Assembly: GCA_963833225.1 (NCBI GenBank)
Contig: CAWHXD010000006.1
Coordinates: 256,001 to 320,000, forward strand
Source: an uncultured Chloroflexia bacterium
Lineage (GTDB): Bacteria > Chloroflexota > Limnocylindria > Limnocylindrales > CSP1-4
Direction: 5' to 3'
DNA: 64,000 bases
The position numbers and the translations under genes are program-made. This document shows positions 48,245-58,629 of the stretch, in pieces. The notes under the pieces are model-generated. The model was not told the DNA's origin. It worked only from the letters and a program-made list of their open reading frames with translations, and ran no database searches. Within the stretch, counting starts at the first letter, position 1, and each line of letters begins with the position of its first letter.

Positions 48245-49294
48245 TCAGCGCGGGGCCGGGGCGCCGCCGTCCGTCGGCTCGTAGCCCCAGCGCGCGGCGA
48301 GGTCCTCGGCCAGGCGGAGGTAGTGGGCCTCGAACGCCACCCGCTCGTCCTCGGGCACGTCCGTCCGCCAGCGCCCGATGTGGGCGCCCCCGGCGGCCGC
48401 CTGCTGGTCGAAGAACGTGCGGATCGCGGGGTGGTCGTCCAGGCCGGCGAACGCGAGCAGGTCCGTGTACCGGGTCTCGCGGTCGGTCGCCAGCAGCGAT
48501 TCCATGCGCACCGTGTGGATCCGTTCGCAAGGGGCCGACGCGACGGCCGTGTACGCCCTGTCGAGCCGCATCGCCCACCAGTCGAGGGCCGTATCCAGGT
48601 CGTCCGGACCCCAGTCCAGCGGCGTCACCGAGCAGGCGACGTCGCGACCATCACGGATGCTGTGGATCAGTCGGGCGTCACCGAGGATGCCCAGCAGCTC
48701 AGGCGCCACGTTGACCACGCGAGGGGTCATCTCGACCCAGCCCCCCGCACCGGCGGCGATGGCGACCGGGTCGAGCAGGCGGTGGACGAACCGCTCGGCG
48801 GCGGCCACGCGGTCCGTCCGGAGGCCGGAGCTGAGCTCGCGCAGCGCTGCCCGGAGCGTCGGCCGGTCGATGATGGTCTTGAGCCCGATGTCTGCTCCGC
48901 GATCCCACCACCGCCCGAACAGTCGTTCCTCGAACTGCATCACCGTGGCCCGCCCGGCCACGACGTCGCACAGGCCGCCCGTGTCGGACAGGAACCAGCA
49001 TTCGAACGGGATCATGTGGTAGGCGGGGTGGGCGCCGAGGAGCTGGCCTGTGATCGTGGTGCCGCTGCGACCGGTCCCGCCCACCAGCAGCGGCGGCAGC
49101 GAGGTGGCTGGCCCCGTCCATGCGGGCAGCGAGGGCGGGCGGCCCGGCGGAAGCGCGAGGCGAAGCTCCCACAGGCGCCGCCGGAATCGTCGCCGACGGC
49201 GTGCCAGGCTCCTGGGCAGTCTCACCGGATCAGGCTGGGGGGTGGGGTCATGAGAAGCGGCGGATCGCGCCGCGGGGCGCCGGGCTCGTTGCAT
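48245..49294 (-). CDS. Sulfotransferase family protein
   Basis: 5'-PSB GGTGRSGTT, 3'-PB IRDGRDVACS, and IGRWR. Confidence 0.88.
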   Translation of the reverse strand: MQRARRPAARSAASHDPTPQPDPVRLPRSLARRRRRFRRRLWELRLALPPGRPPSLPAWTGPATSLPPLLVGGTGRSGTTITGQLLGAHPAYHMIPFECWFLSDTGGLCDVVAGRATVMQFEERLFGRWWDRGADIGLKTIIDRPTLRAALRELSSGLRTDRVAAAERFVHRLLDPVAIAAGAGGWVEMTPRVVNVAPELLGILGDARLIHSIRDGRDVACSVTPLDWGPDDLDTALDWWAMRLDRAYTAVASAPCERIHTVRMESLLATDRETRYTDLLAFAGLDDHPAIRTFFDQQAAAGGAHIGRWRTDVPEDERVAFEAHYLRLAEDLAARWGYEPTDGGAPAPR

Positions 49295-49350
49295 CGGATC
49301 GGGATGGTAGCAGGCCGTCGACCGTGCGGCCCCCTGCTACGCTGTCGCCG

Positions 49351-50112
49351 ATGAAGGGGCTCGTCCTGGCCGGCGGTACCGCGACCCGGCTGTTCCCGCT
49401 CACGGCCGTGACCAACAAGCACCTGCTGCCGATCTACGACCGGCCGATGGTCTACTACCCGCTTCACACGCTGGCGAGCATGGGGATCCGGGAGGTCATG
49501 ATCATCGTCGGCGGCAAGAGCGTCGGCGACATCGTGGAGCTCCTGGGCGACGGCCGGCACTTCGGCCTGGAGCTCACCTATCGCTATCAGCGTGGCGCCC
49601 TGGGGATCGCCCATGCGATCGGCCTGGCGCGCGACTTCATCGGCGACGAGTCGTTCTGCGTGGTCCTTGGCGACAACATCCTGCGTGGCGACGCCCTCGC
49701 CGAGACCGCGCGGACGTTCGAGACGGGCGCGTATGGCGCGGGCACGCTGCTGTACCGGGTGCCGGACCCGGAGCGGTTCGGGGTCGCGGAGCTGGACGCG
49801 GAGGGCAGAGTCGTCGGCTTCGAGGAGAAGCCTGCCGAGCCGAAGAGCGACCTGATCCCGATCGGCGTGTACTTCCTCCGGCCCGATGCCTTCGACGTCA
49901 TCGCCTCGCTGGCGCCGTCCGAGCGCGGCGAGCTCGAGATCACCGACGTCCTCAATCACTACGTCCCCGGCGGCGGCCTGTTCGCGCCGGTCTACGAGGG
50001 CCACTGGGCAGACGCCGGCACGGTCCCCAGCCTACTGCGGGCGGCCGAGCTCGCCGAGGCGGACGACCACGCCGGTCGCCTCGCGCCACCGGTGGAGCGC
50101 CCACACGAATGA
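49351..50112 (+). CDS. rmlA: Glucose-1-phosphate thymidylyltransferase (short RmlA type)
   Basis: MKGLVLAGGTATRLFPLT..NKHLLPIYDRPM, LGDN, EKP, SERGELEITD and WADAGT. Confidence 0.9.
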   Translation: MKGLVLAGGTATRLFPLTAVTNKHLLPIYDRPMVYYPLHTLASMGIREVMIIVGGKSVGDIVELLGDGRHFGLELTYRYQRGALGIAHAIGLARDFIGDESFCVVLGDNILRGDALAETARTFETGAYGAGTLLYRVPDPERFGVAELDAEGRVVGFEEKPAEPKSDLIPIGVYFLRPDAFDVIASLAPSERGELEITDVLNHYVPGGGLFAPVYEGHWADAGTVPSLLRAAELAEADDHAGRLAPPVERPHE

Positions 50113-51206
50113 CCGATCCGTCCGGACCCGCGACGCACCTGCTCGTCACGGGCGGCGCCGGGTTCATCGGCTCGGAGCTGGTCCGCCAGGTGATGGCGCG
50201 CCGGGACGGGACGCGCGTGACCGTTCTCGACGCCCTGACCTACGCCGGCAATCGCGCGAACCTGGCCACGGTCGAGGCCGACGAGGAGCAGGCGGGGCGG
50301 TTCGCCTTCGTCCACGGAGACATCGCGGACCCGGAGGTCGTGGGTTCGCTGGTCGAGCGCGCCGATGCCGTCATCAACGCCGCCGCCGAGACCCACGTCG
50401 ACCGCTCGATCCTCGACCCGGAGGCCTTCCTGCGCACGGGCGTGATCGGCGTCCACGTCCTGCTCGAGGCCGTGCGGCGCGAGACGGAACGAGCGCGAGC
50501 GGGGGGCCGCCCGGCGGTCCCGCGCTTCCTGCAGGTCAGCACGGACGAGGTCTATGGCGACGTCCCGGACGGCACGAGCGTCGAGTCGGACCCGCTGGCC
50601 CCGCGCAGCCCGTACGCGGCGGCCAAGGCCGCGGGTGAGCTGCTGGTCCGGGCCTATGGCGTCACCTACGACCTGGACACCGTCATCACCCGTGGCTCCA
50701 ACACGTATGGCCCGCATCAGCACCCCGAGAAGCTGGTCCCGCTGTTCACCACCAACGCCATGGCAGGCGAGCCGCTGCCGATGTACGGCGATGGGATGCA
50801 GGTCCGCGACTGGCTCCACGTGGCCGACCACGCGGCCGGGATCGCCTTCGTGCTGCAGCACGGCCGGTCAGGCGAGGCCTACAACGTCGTCGGCGGGCAC
50901 CTGCTGACCAACCGGGACGTGATCGGCGCCATCCTCGCGGCCACCGGCCGCGACTGGTCGCTGGTCCGGACCGTCCCGGATCGCCCCGGTCATGACCGTC
51001 GCTACGCCATGGACGGCGCCAAGCTCGCCGCGCTCGGCTGGCACCCAACGCGCACCTTCGAACAGGGGCTGCCGGAGACCGTCGCGTGGTATCGCGACCA
51101 CCGCTCGTGGGTGGAGAGCGCCCGCAGCGGTGACTGGGACGGCTACTACCGGCGCCAGTATGCGGGGCGTCTGGCCGCGGGTCGCACCGTGGACCGGACC
51201 TCCTGA
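50109..51206 (+). CDS. rmlB: dTDP-glucose 4,6-dehydratase
   Basis: TGGAGFIG, DALTYAG, AAETHVDRSI, STDEVYG, YAAAK and DRPGHDRRY. Confidence 0.95.
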   Translation: MTDPSGPATHLLVTGGAGFIGSELVRQVMARRDGTRVTVLDALTYAGNRANLATVEADEEQAGRFAFVHGDIADPEVVGSLVERADAVINAAAETHVDRSILDPEAFLRTGVIGVHVLLEAVRRETERARAGGRPAVPRFLQVSTDEVYGDVPDGTSVESDPLAPRSPYAAAKAAGELLVRAYGVTYDLDTVITRGSNTYGPHQHPEKLVPLFTTNAMAGEPLPMYGDGMQVRDWLHVADHAAGIAFVLQHGRSGEAYNVVGGHLLTNRDVIGAILAATGRDWSLVRTVPDRPGHDRRYAMDGAKLAALGWHPTRTFEQGLPETVAWYRDHRSWVESARSGDWDGYYRRQYAGRLAAGRTVDRTS

Positions 51207-51210
51207 AGAG

Positions 51211-52137
51211 ATGCGCGTCACCGTTACCGGCGCACGGGGCCGTCTCGGCCGGGCGCTGATCACCGCCCTCGAGGACGCGCCGTTCACCGGCCCATTCGGC
51301 CCGATCGCGTGGTCGCGGCCGGACCTGGATCTCGACACCCTCACCCCGGGCTCCGTGGCCGCGCTGATCGCCAGGGACCGGCCGGAGCTGGTCCTCCACA
51401 CCGCGGCCTGGACCGACGTCGACGGCTGCGCCGGTGACCCTGCGCTCGCCACCCGCCGCAACACGGTCGCCGCGGCCGTGATCGCCGAGGCGTGCGCCGA
51501 TCGTGGCGTCGCGTTCGCCCACGTCTCGACCAACGAGGTGTTCGACGGCACCCGGACCGACGGGCGTGGCTATCGTCCGGACGCCGAGCGCCACGCCGTC
51601 AATCCCTACGGCGCGAGCAAGCTGGCCGCCGAGCTCCGGATCGAGACGCTGGCCGCTTCACGCCCCGGGGTCGGGTTCGCGATCATCCGGACGGCCTGGC
51701 TCCACGGTCCGCCCGGCAACGACTTCCCGGCCAGGATCTGCGCGGCGGCGCTCCGCGCACGGGCGGCCGACGAGGCCCTGCGCGTGGTCTCGGACGAGAT
51801 CGGCACACCGACGTACGCCCCCGACGTGGCCGATGCCGTCGCGGAGCTGATCGCCGAGGACGCCCTCGTGGGCACGGGTCGCGCGCCGGCCGTCCACCAC
51901 CTGGTCAACGGCGGTCGCGCGTCGCGCGCCGACTGGGCCCGCGAGGTGCTGCGGGTGACGGGCCTGGAGGTCGAGGTGGTGAACGTGCCGGCGAGCACCT
52001 GGCGGCGCGCCTCCACGCCACCCGCATGGGCCGTCCTGGAGCCCACGGCCCTCCCGTCTGGGGAGCCGATGCGTGACTGGCGCGAGGCCGTTGCCCACGC
52101 CGCTCCAGCGCTCGTGCACGGCCTCCCCGGCGCCTGA
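51211..52137 (+). CDS. rmlD: dTDP-4-dehydrorhamnose reductase-like protein
   Basis: TGARGRLG, AAWTDVDGC, STNEVFDG, YGASK and DEIGTPTY. Confidence 0.88.
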   Translation: MRVTVTGARGRLGRALITALEDAPFTGPFGPIAWSRPDLDLDTLTPGSVAALIARDRPELVLHTAAWTDVDGCAGDPALATRRNTVAAAVIAEACADRGVAFAHVSTNEVFDGTRTDGRGYRPDAERHAVNPYGASKLAAELRIETLAASRPGVGFAIIRTAWLHGPPGNDFPARICAAALRARAADEALRVVSDEIGTPTYAPDVADAVAELIAEDALVGTGRAPAVHHLVNGGRASRADWAREVLRVTGLEVEVVNVPASTWRRASTPPAWAVLEPTALPSGEPMRDWREAVAHAAPALVHGLPGA

Positions 52138-52312
52138 CCCCACCGTTCCCGACCACACCCGTCCGGGCCGCACCCGGGCCGGGTCGAAAGGGCCACGCCG
52201 ACCCTGACCTTCCCCTGATAGCAGCCGGGTGCGCACGCGACGATGCTGGACCCAACGTCACCCAACGCTGGGCGAAGACCCGCCCGGCGGCCCTGGAGGA
52301 GCTCAAGGTCCC

Positions 52313-54607
52313 GTGCGCAAGATCCTCGTCGCCCTCGCCGTCGCGCTCCTCGCGGGTCTGGGCGCCTTCGCACCCGCGGGGGTTCCGGTCGCCCATGCCG
52401 CATCGGGCGTCAAGGTGGCGATCATCGTGGGCGCCACCCACTCCACCACGCCGCGCTATCGCGATGATGCCAACGAGATCTACGCGGAAGCCATCAAGTA
52501 CACCGACAACGTGGTCAAGGTCTACAGCCCCAAGGCGACGGCCTCCAAGGTCAAGGCCGCCGTCAGCGGCGCGTCGATCGTCGTCTATCTCGGTCACGGC
52601 AACGGCTGGCCCAGCCCGTACACCTACGACCCGAAGTACACGACCAAGGATGGCTTCGGGCTCAACGCGGACCTCAACGGCGACGGCAAGACGACGGACT
52701 ACGAGAACAAGTACTACGGCGAGCCGTGGATCCGCGATCTCAACTTCGCCCCCAACGCCGTCGTCCTCCTGTTCCATCTCTGCTACGCGTCCGGCAACTC
52801 GGAACCCGACCGTGCCGACCCGTCCCTGTCCACGGCCAAGAAGCGGGTGGACAACTACGCGGCGGCCTTCCTCCAGGCGGGTGCCCGAGCCGTCATCGCC
52901 TCGGGTCACAGCCAGGACCCGTACTACATCCGGGGCCTGTTCACCACGCGCCAGACCATCGAGGAGTACTGGCGGGCCTCGCCCGACGCCAACGGCCACT
53001 TCGCCGAATACCCGTCTGAGCGCAACCCGGGCCTCACGTTCCAGATGGACCCCGATCGGCCCGGCAGCTACTACCGCTCGATCGCGGGGAAGATGTCGCT
53101 GCGCACGCAGGATGTGACCGGCGCCCCGTACGCCGACACCTCGCGTGACCCGGACACGATGGTCGTCCCCGGGAACGCCAACCCCGCGTTCGACGGAGCG
53201 CCGGTCTACGGATCGGTGGACGCGGCGGTCGCAGGCAGCGAGGCCGTGACCACCCTGGCGGTCGGTGCGCGGGTGCGTGTGGTGGCGCGTGAGTCGGCGA
53301 CCAGCGCCGCGGACGGATCCCCGATCTACCAGGTCACCGCCGGCCCGGCCGAGGGCTGGATGACCGGCTCCTCCCTGGTCCCGCGTGACAGTGCCGCGCC
53401 CCAGGTATGGGAGGTCGATGACGGCACGGGCGCGTTCTCGCCTGACGGCGACGGCTCCGGTGATTCCCTGCACCTGGCCATCCGCCTGTCGGAGACGGCC
53501 TCGTGGACGGTGCGGATCCTGGCCGATGGCGGTGCCGAGCTGCGCCGCGCCGACGGTCTCTCGGACGAGGCGGCCCTGACCTGGGCGCCGGCCCCGGGAA
53601 GCGTCGCCGAGGGCACCTACCGGTGGACCCTCGAGGCGACCGACGGCTGGGGCAACGGCCCGCTTCTCGACGAGGGAACCGTCACGGTTGACCTCACGAG
53701 CCCGGACGCGGTCGTGGCCGAGGCCGAGGACGTCGTCCCGGTGTTCTCGCCCAACGGCGACGGCACGGGTGACAGCGTCGGTTTCACCGTCGGCGCCAAC
53801 GAGCCCGGGACCGTTGTCGCGACCGTTCGCAACCAGGCGAACGAGATCGTGGATCGCCTGTCGGCGTCGCTCGGCTCCTCGGCGGCGGCGATCGCCTGGG
53901 ACGGCCGCGACGACCACGGCGCCTATGTGCCCGATGGCGAGTACCGGGTCGCGTTCGTTGCCATGGATCGGGCCGGCAACGAGAGCGCGGCGCAGGTCCG
54001 CACCGTGGCCGTCTATGCGGCGCTCGGCAACGTGGCCACCTCGAAGTCAGCCTTCTACCCGCAGGACGGCGATTCACTTGGGCGGAGGGTCAGCCTCTCC
54101 TTCCGCCTCCGAGATGCCGCGCTGGTCGGGTGGACGATCCAGGACGACGACGGTGCGGTCGTGCGCACGGTCAAGGCCGACGAAGCGCTCGACGCCGGGA
54201 CCTATGCCTTCACCTGGGACGGTCGGAACGACGAGGGCTCGTTCGTCCCGCGCGGCACCTACCGCAGCGTCGTTACGGCCACCGATGGCACGTACGGCTC
54301 CGTCCAGCACGCAACCGTCGTTGCCGACGCCTTCAAGATCGCGGTCAGCGATGCGACCCCGGCTCGCCGCCAGAAGCTGAAGGTGACGGTCACCAGCGCC
54401 GAGCCCCTCGGCCAGCTGCCGAGGCTGCGCATCTACCAGCCCGGTGTGAAGGCCTGGAACGTGACGATGAAGAAGGTCAGCGGCAAGGTGTACCGGGTCA
54501 CGGTCACGCTCAAGGGCGGCGACGCCGGAACGCTGCGCCTGCGCGTCACTGCCCGTGACAAGGACGGATCCAGGCAGCGGTCCAACCGCTACCTTCCGAT
54601 CCACTGA
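52313..54607 (+). CDS. Secreted protein: putative clan CD-like catalytic domain, SH3-like domain, three FlgD-Ig repeats and a basic C-terminal beta domain
   Basis: Signal peptide (RKILVALAVALLAGL...AHA); YLGHG...LCYAS; FSPDGDG, FSPNGDG and FYPQDGD repeats with WDGR...G.Y. Confidence 0.8.
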   Translation: MRKILVALAVALLAGLGAFAPAGVPVAHAASGVKVAIIVGATHSTTPRYRDDANEIYAEAIKYTDNVVKVYSPKATASKVKAAVSGASIVVYLGHGNGWPSPYTYDPKYTTKDGFGLNADLNGDGKTTDYENKYYGEPWIRDLNFAPNAVVLLFHLCYASGNSEPDRADPSLSTAKKRVDNYAAAFLQAGARAVIASGHSQDPYYIRGLFTTRQTIEEYWRASPDANGHFAEYPSERNPGLTFQMDPDRPGSYYRSIAGKMSLRTQDVTGAPYADTSRDPDTMVVPGNANPAFDGAPVYGSVDAAVAGSEAVTTLAVGARVRVVARESATSAADGSPIYQVTAGPAEGWMTGSSLVPRDSAAPQVWEVDDGTGAFSPDGDGSGDSLHLAIRLSETASWTVRILADGGAELRRADGLSDEAALTWAPAPGSVAEGTYRWTLEATDGWGNGPLLDEGTVTVDLTSPDAVVAEAEDVVPVFSPNGDGTGDSVGFTVGANEPGTVVATVRNQANEIVDRLSASLGSSAAAIAWDGRDDHGAYVPDGEYRVAFVAMDRAGNESAAQVRTVAVYAALGNVATSKSAFYPQDGDSLGRRVSLSFRLRDAALVGWTIQDDDGAVVRTVKADEALDAGTYAFTWDGRNDEGSFVPRGTYRSVVTATDGTYGSVQHATVVADAFKIAVSDATPARRQKLKVTVTSAEPLGQLPRLRIYQPGVKAWNVTMKKVSGKVYRVTVTLKGGDAGTLRLRVTARDKDGSRQRSNRYLPIH

Positions 54608-54844
54608 CGCACCCGGACCGGACGCGCCGACCCGGCGCGCTCGACCGCCCGACGACCGCACCAGAGCCCTCTCAACTCCACCGTACTGGGCCGTGCCCGG
54701 ACCTTCGGGCACTGGCCCGCTCGCGCACAAGCGCCTAGGATGACGCTCCTGCTGCCGCCGGTTCGCTCCGCTGATCGAAGCCCGGTGGCATGCCTCGTGA
54801 CCAGCGCCCAGGCGACGGCTCGAGGTGGCATACGAGGAGCACCG

Positions 54845-57800
54845 TTGCCCGGATCGCCCATCGCGCACCGCCGCGCCGCCCCGCTTGCCGTCGCGGCGCT
54901 CGCCGCCTCGTTGCTGGCCGGTCTGCTGCCGCTCACGGCGGCCGCCTCTGGACCTGACCCGGAGGCCGGCCCGGTTGCGCAGCCGTCGATCGCCTACCTC
55001 GAGGCCATGGCCCACGAGCAGGACCAGATCGAGTTCGATCCGGGCAGCCTCGTCACCGTCCCGTTCACGCCCCGCGTCGACGACCGCTGGCCAGTCGACG
55101 GCCGTCGCCCGGTCGCCCTGCCCGCGGGCCGGATGACCGGTCGCGAGATGGTGTCCGCCCCCAATCCGGTGCCCTGGGCGGCGATTGGCCCGCGCGGCCG
55201 GGCGGGGGATCCCGTTCCACAGCCCGGGGCCGCGGCCCACGACGCTCCCGTTGATCGTGCCGCGGGTGACCCGGCGGTCGCGGCGCAGGGTGCCGTGTTC
55301 GTCAACCCTGCCGAAGCCCCGCTCGGATCTCGCGGCCGCGTCCGGGCTGCGCCGCCAGGTGTTCGGGTTCCTGCCGTACTGGGAGCTCTCCGGGGCACAG
55401 TCGAGCCTGAACTACGACGTGCTCTCGACCATCGCGTACTTCTCCGTGGGTGCCAACGCCCGGGGTGACCTCCGCAAGCGGAGCAACGACGGCTCGACCA
55501 CCACCGGGCTGGGGCGGCTGGACGAGCTCGTCCATGACCCGCGTGATTGACGAGGCGCACCGGCACGGGACGCGGGTCGTGCTCACGATCTCCGTGTTCG
55601 CCTGGACCTCCAGCCAGGCCGACGTCCAGCGCTCGATCCTGGGCAGCGCGACGGCCCGCCGGAACCTCGCCCGCCAGGCCGCCGCCGCCGTCCGGGACCG
55701 CGGCGCCGACGGCATCAACCTCGACTTCGAGCCGCTCGCCTCAGGCTACGCCGACGAGTTCGTGGCCTTCCTCCGGACCCTGCGCGCCGAGCTCAACAAG
55801 GTCCGCAAGGGGTATCAGCTCACGTACGACACGACCGGCTTCATCGGCAACTACCCGCTGGAGGACTCCGTCGGATCGGGCGCCGCCGACGCCATCTTCG
55901 TGATGGGCTATGACTACCGGACGGCCGGCTCGTCGAGCGCGGGCTCCATCGACCCGCTCAGCGGGCCGCGGTACGACCTTACCGACACCGTCCGTGCCTA
56001 CACCGCCCGGGTCCCGTCGTCGCGGCTGATCCTCGGTCTCCCCTGGTACGGGCGAGCCTGGTCCACCACCACCGAGTGACGTCCGCTCGAAGACCCGGAC
56101 GGGGGCCAAGTACGGCTACAGCACGGCCGTCACCTACGAGAACCTGCCGGGCCTGATCGCCGACTACGGTCGTCGATGGGATCCGGTCGAGCAGAGCCCG
56201 TACGTCGCGTACCGCCGGGAGAACTGCACCAGCACCAACGGCTGCGTGACCAGCTGGCGCCAGGTCTACTACGACGACAAGGCCTCGCTCAAGGCGCGCC
56301 TCTCGATGGTCAACGACTACGGGCTGCGGGGTGCCGGCATGTGGGCGCTCGGGTACGACGGCGGGCACAGCGAGCTCTACCGGGCGTTTGCCGAGTCCTT
56401 CCTCGTCGACAAGTCCGCGCCGCAGGCGGGGATCCGGATCCTTGCCAGGACGCAGCGTGACGAGGGGTTCGTGGTCAGCTGGGCCGCGACCGACACCAGC
56501 CGCATCGTCTCCTACGACGTGCAGGTGTCGAGAAACGGCGGGGGATGGGTGAGCTGGCTGACGGGCACCAGGGCGACCTCCGATGTCTGGCTGGGCGCGT
56601 CCGGCGACGGCTATGCGTTCCGGGTTCGTGCCCGCGACAGCAAGGGCAACACGGGCAGCTGGAACGTGTCCTCCACCTGGGACGGCGCGCCGGCCCTGGC
56701 TAGGGGTGGGTTTGGGCGCGTCACGCTCGACGGCCTCTCGTACCGGACCGGCCCGGACACCTCGGCTGGACGGCTGGGCAGGCTCGACGCCGGCACGATC
56801 GTCGCCATCACCCGCGGTCCCGTGACCTCCGATGGGTACACCTGGTACGAGGTCACCACCCCGATCCGGGAGTGGAGCCCCGTCACCTTCGTCGAGCGCG
56901 GCGTGTGGATCGCCGTGGCCTCTTCCAGGGACACGTTCGTCGCCCCCTACCGCGCCCCCAACAGCACCACCGTGGACGCGGGCCTCGCCGGCCTCGACTT
57001 CGGGACCGGGCCAACGGCCCTGGGCACCGCGCCCGACGCTCTCGCACGACGCGTCTTCTCCCCGAATGGCGATGGCTCGGGAGACACGATCCGGCTGCGC
57101 TGGACGAGCTCGACCGCGATGGATGCCCTGGTCGTGAACGTGATGCGGCCCGGTGGGAAGCAGGTCGGATCGGTCAAGGTGCCGGTCACCGGCGCCGGCG
57201 CGCGCGCCTGGGAATGGGACGGCCGCGTGGGCGGCTCGCGCGTGGCAGATGGCCGCTACGTCCTCCAACTGGCCGGGCGGGTGGGTAGCCGGACGTACAC
57301 CGCCCCGTCAATCCGCCCGACCACCGCCGTCCAGGTCGTGCGCTACGCGGTGACGGTGGACACGGTTGCGCCCGTCCTGACCTCGAAGTCCGTGTCGACC
57401 AGGCTCATCTCGCCCAACGGCGACGGGACGCTCGATTCGACGAAGCTGACCCTGGCGGCGACCGGCGCCACGCGCTGGACCGCGCGCGTCACCGACGCGG
57501 CCGGCAGGACAGTCCGGTCGAGATCCGGCGCGGGCGGCAGCGCGCGGCTGACCTGGAAGGGCACCGACAACGCTGGCGCGCTGCTCCCCGACGGGCGCTA
57601 CACCGCGACCCTGGCCGCGTGGGACGATGCCGGCAATGCCGCGACGAGGTCCTGGACCATCACCCTGGACACGACGGGGCCCCGGATCAGCGCCGGTCGT
57701 CTCCCTGCCGGTCTTCTCGCCCAACGGCGACGGCGTGTCGGACCGCTCGCTCCTCGGCTGGACGGCCGACGAGCCCGGCAGCGGCACGGTCCGGCTGAAG

Positions 57801-58571
57801 AAGGGCTCCACGGTGGTCCGCACCTGGCACGTGTCGGCGGCGACGTCGTGGTCGGTCGCCTGGGATGGCCGCCGCGCCGACGGCTCCCGCGTTCCCGATG
57901 GGCGATATACCGTCCGCGTGCGGCTGCTGGACGCGGCCGGCAACAAGCGCACGGCCAAGACGACCGTGATCGTCGATCGAACCGCCTCGTCGCTGCGCTG
58001 GTCGTCGGACTTCTACCCGCAGGACGGCGATGCGTTGCGCCCGACGGCGAAGCTTGGCTGGCGCCTGACCCGCGACGCGACCATGACCCTGCGCCTGTAC
58101 GACGAGCGGGGTGCGCTCGTCCGGACCGTGTGGACCGATCGAGCGAAGAAGGCCGGGACGCGCGGCTGGACGTGGAACGGGCGTTTGGCGGATGGGACCT
58201 TCGTCCCGCAGGGCCGCTACACGGCACGGCTCACCGTGACCTCGTCGCTCGCGACGCAGGACCTGACCCAGACCGTCCTCGTCGCTGGGTTCCTGGTCGC
58301 GCCCTCGGCCTCGAAGGTCTACCCGGGCCAGACGCTCACCATTCGCGCAGCGTCCGTTGAACCGCTCGACGGCCGGCCCGTGGTCACCTTCAAGCAGCCC
58401 GGGCTGGCAGCGGTCCGGGTCACCGCCACCCGGCTCGCCAACGGCACCTATCGCGCCGTGTTCACCGTCAGGTCGGGCTCGACCGGGGACGCGAAGGTGA
58501 AGGTGAGCGCGACGGACAGTGGCAGTGGGTACAACACGACGCTGATCACGGTGCGAGTCGGCGCGCGCTGA
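54845..58571 (+). CDS. Secreted GH18 glycoside hydrolase with FN3-like, SH3-like and FlgD-Ig repeats (about 4 frameshifts, at roughly 55320, 55505, 56075 and 57690)
   Basis: SD GAGGAG + TTG and a signal peptide; VFGFLPYW, DGINLDFEP, MGYDY, LGLPWYG and GAGMWALGYD; FSPNGDG repeats across consecutive ORF pieces. Confidence 0.8.
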
Positions 58572-58629
58572 CCGCCGTACGCCGATCACGCCCGACGGCA
58601 CTCCACCGTCCTCGTACACTGGTCCCGAG

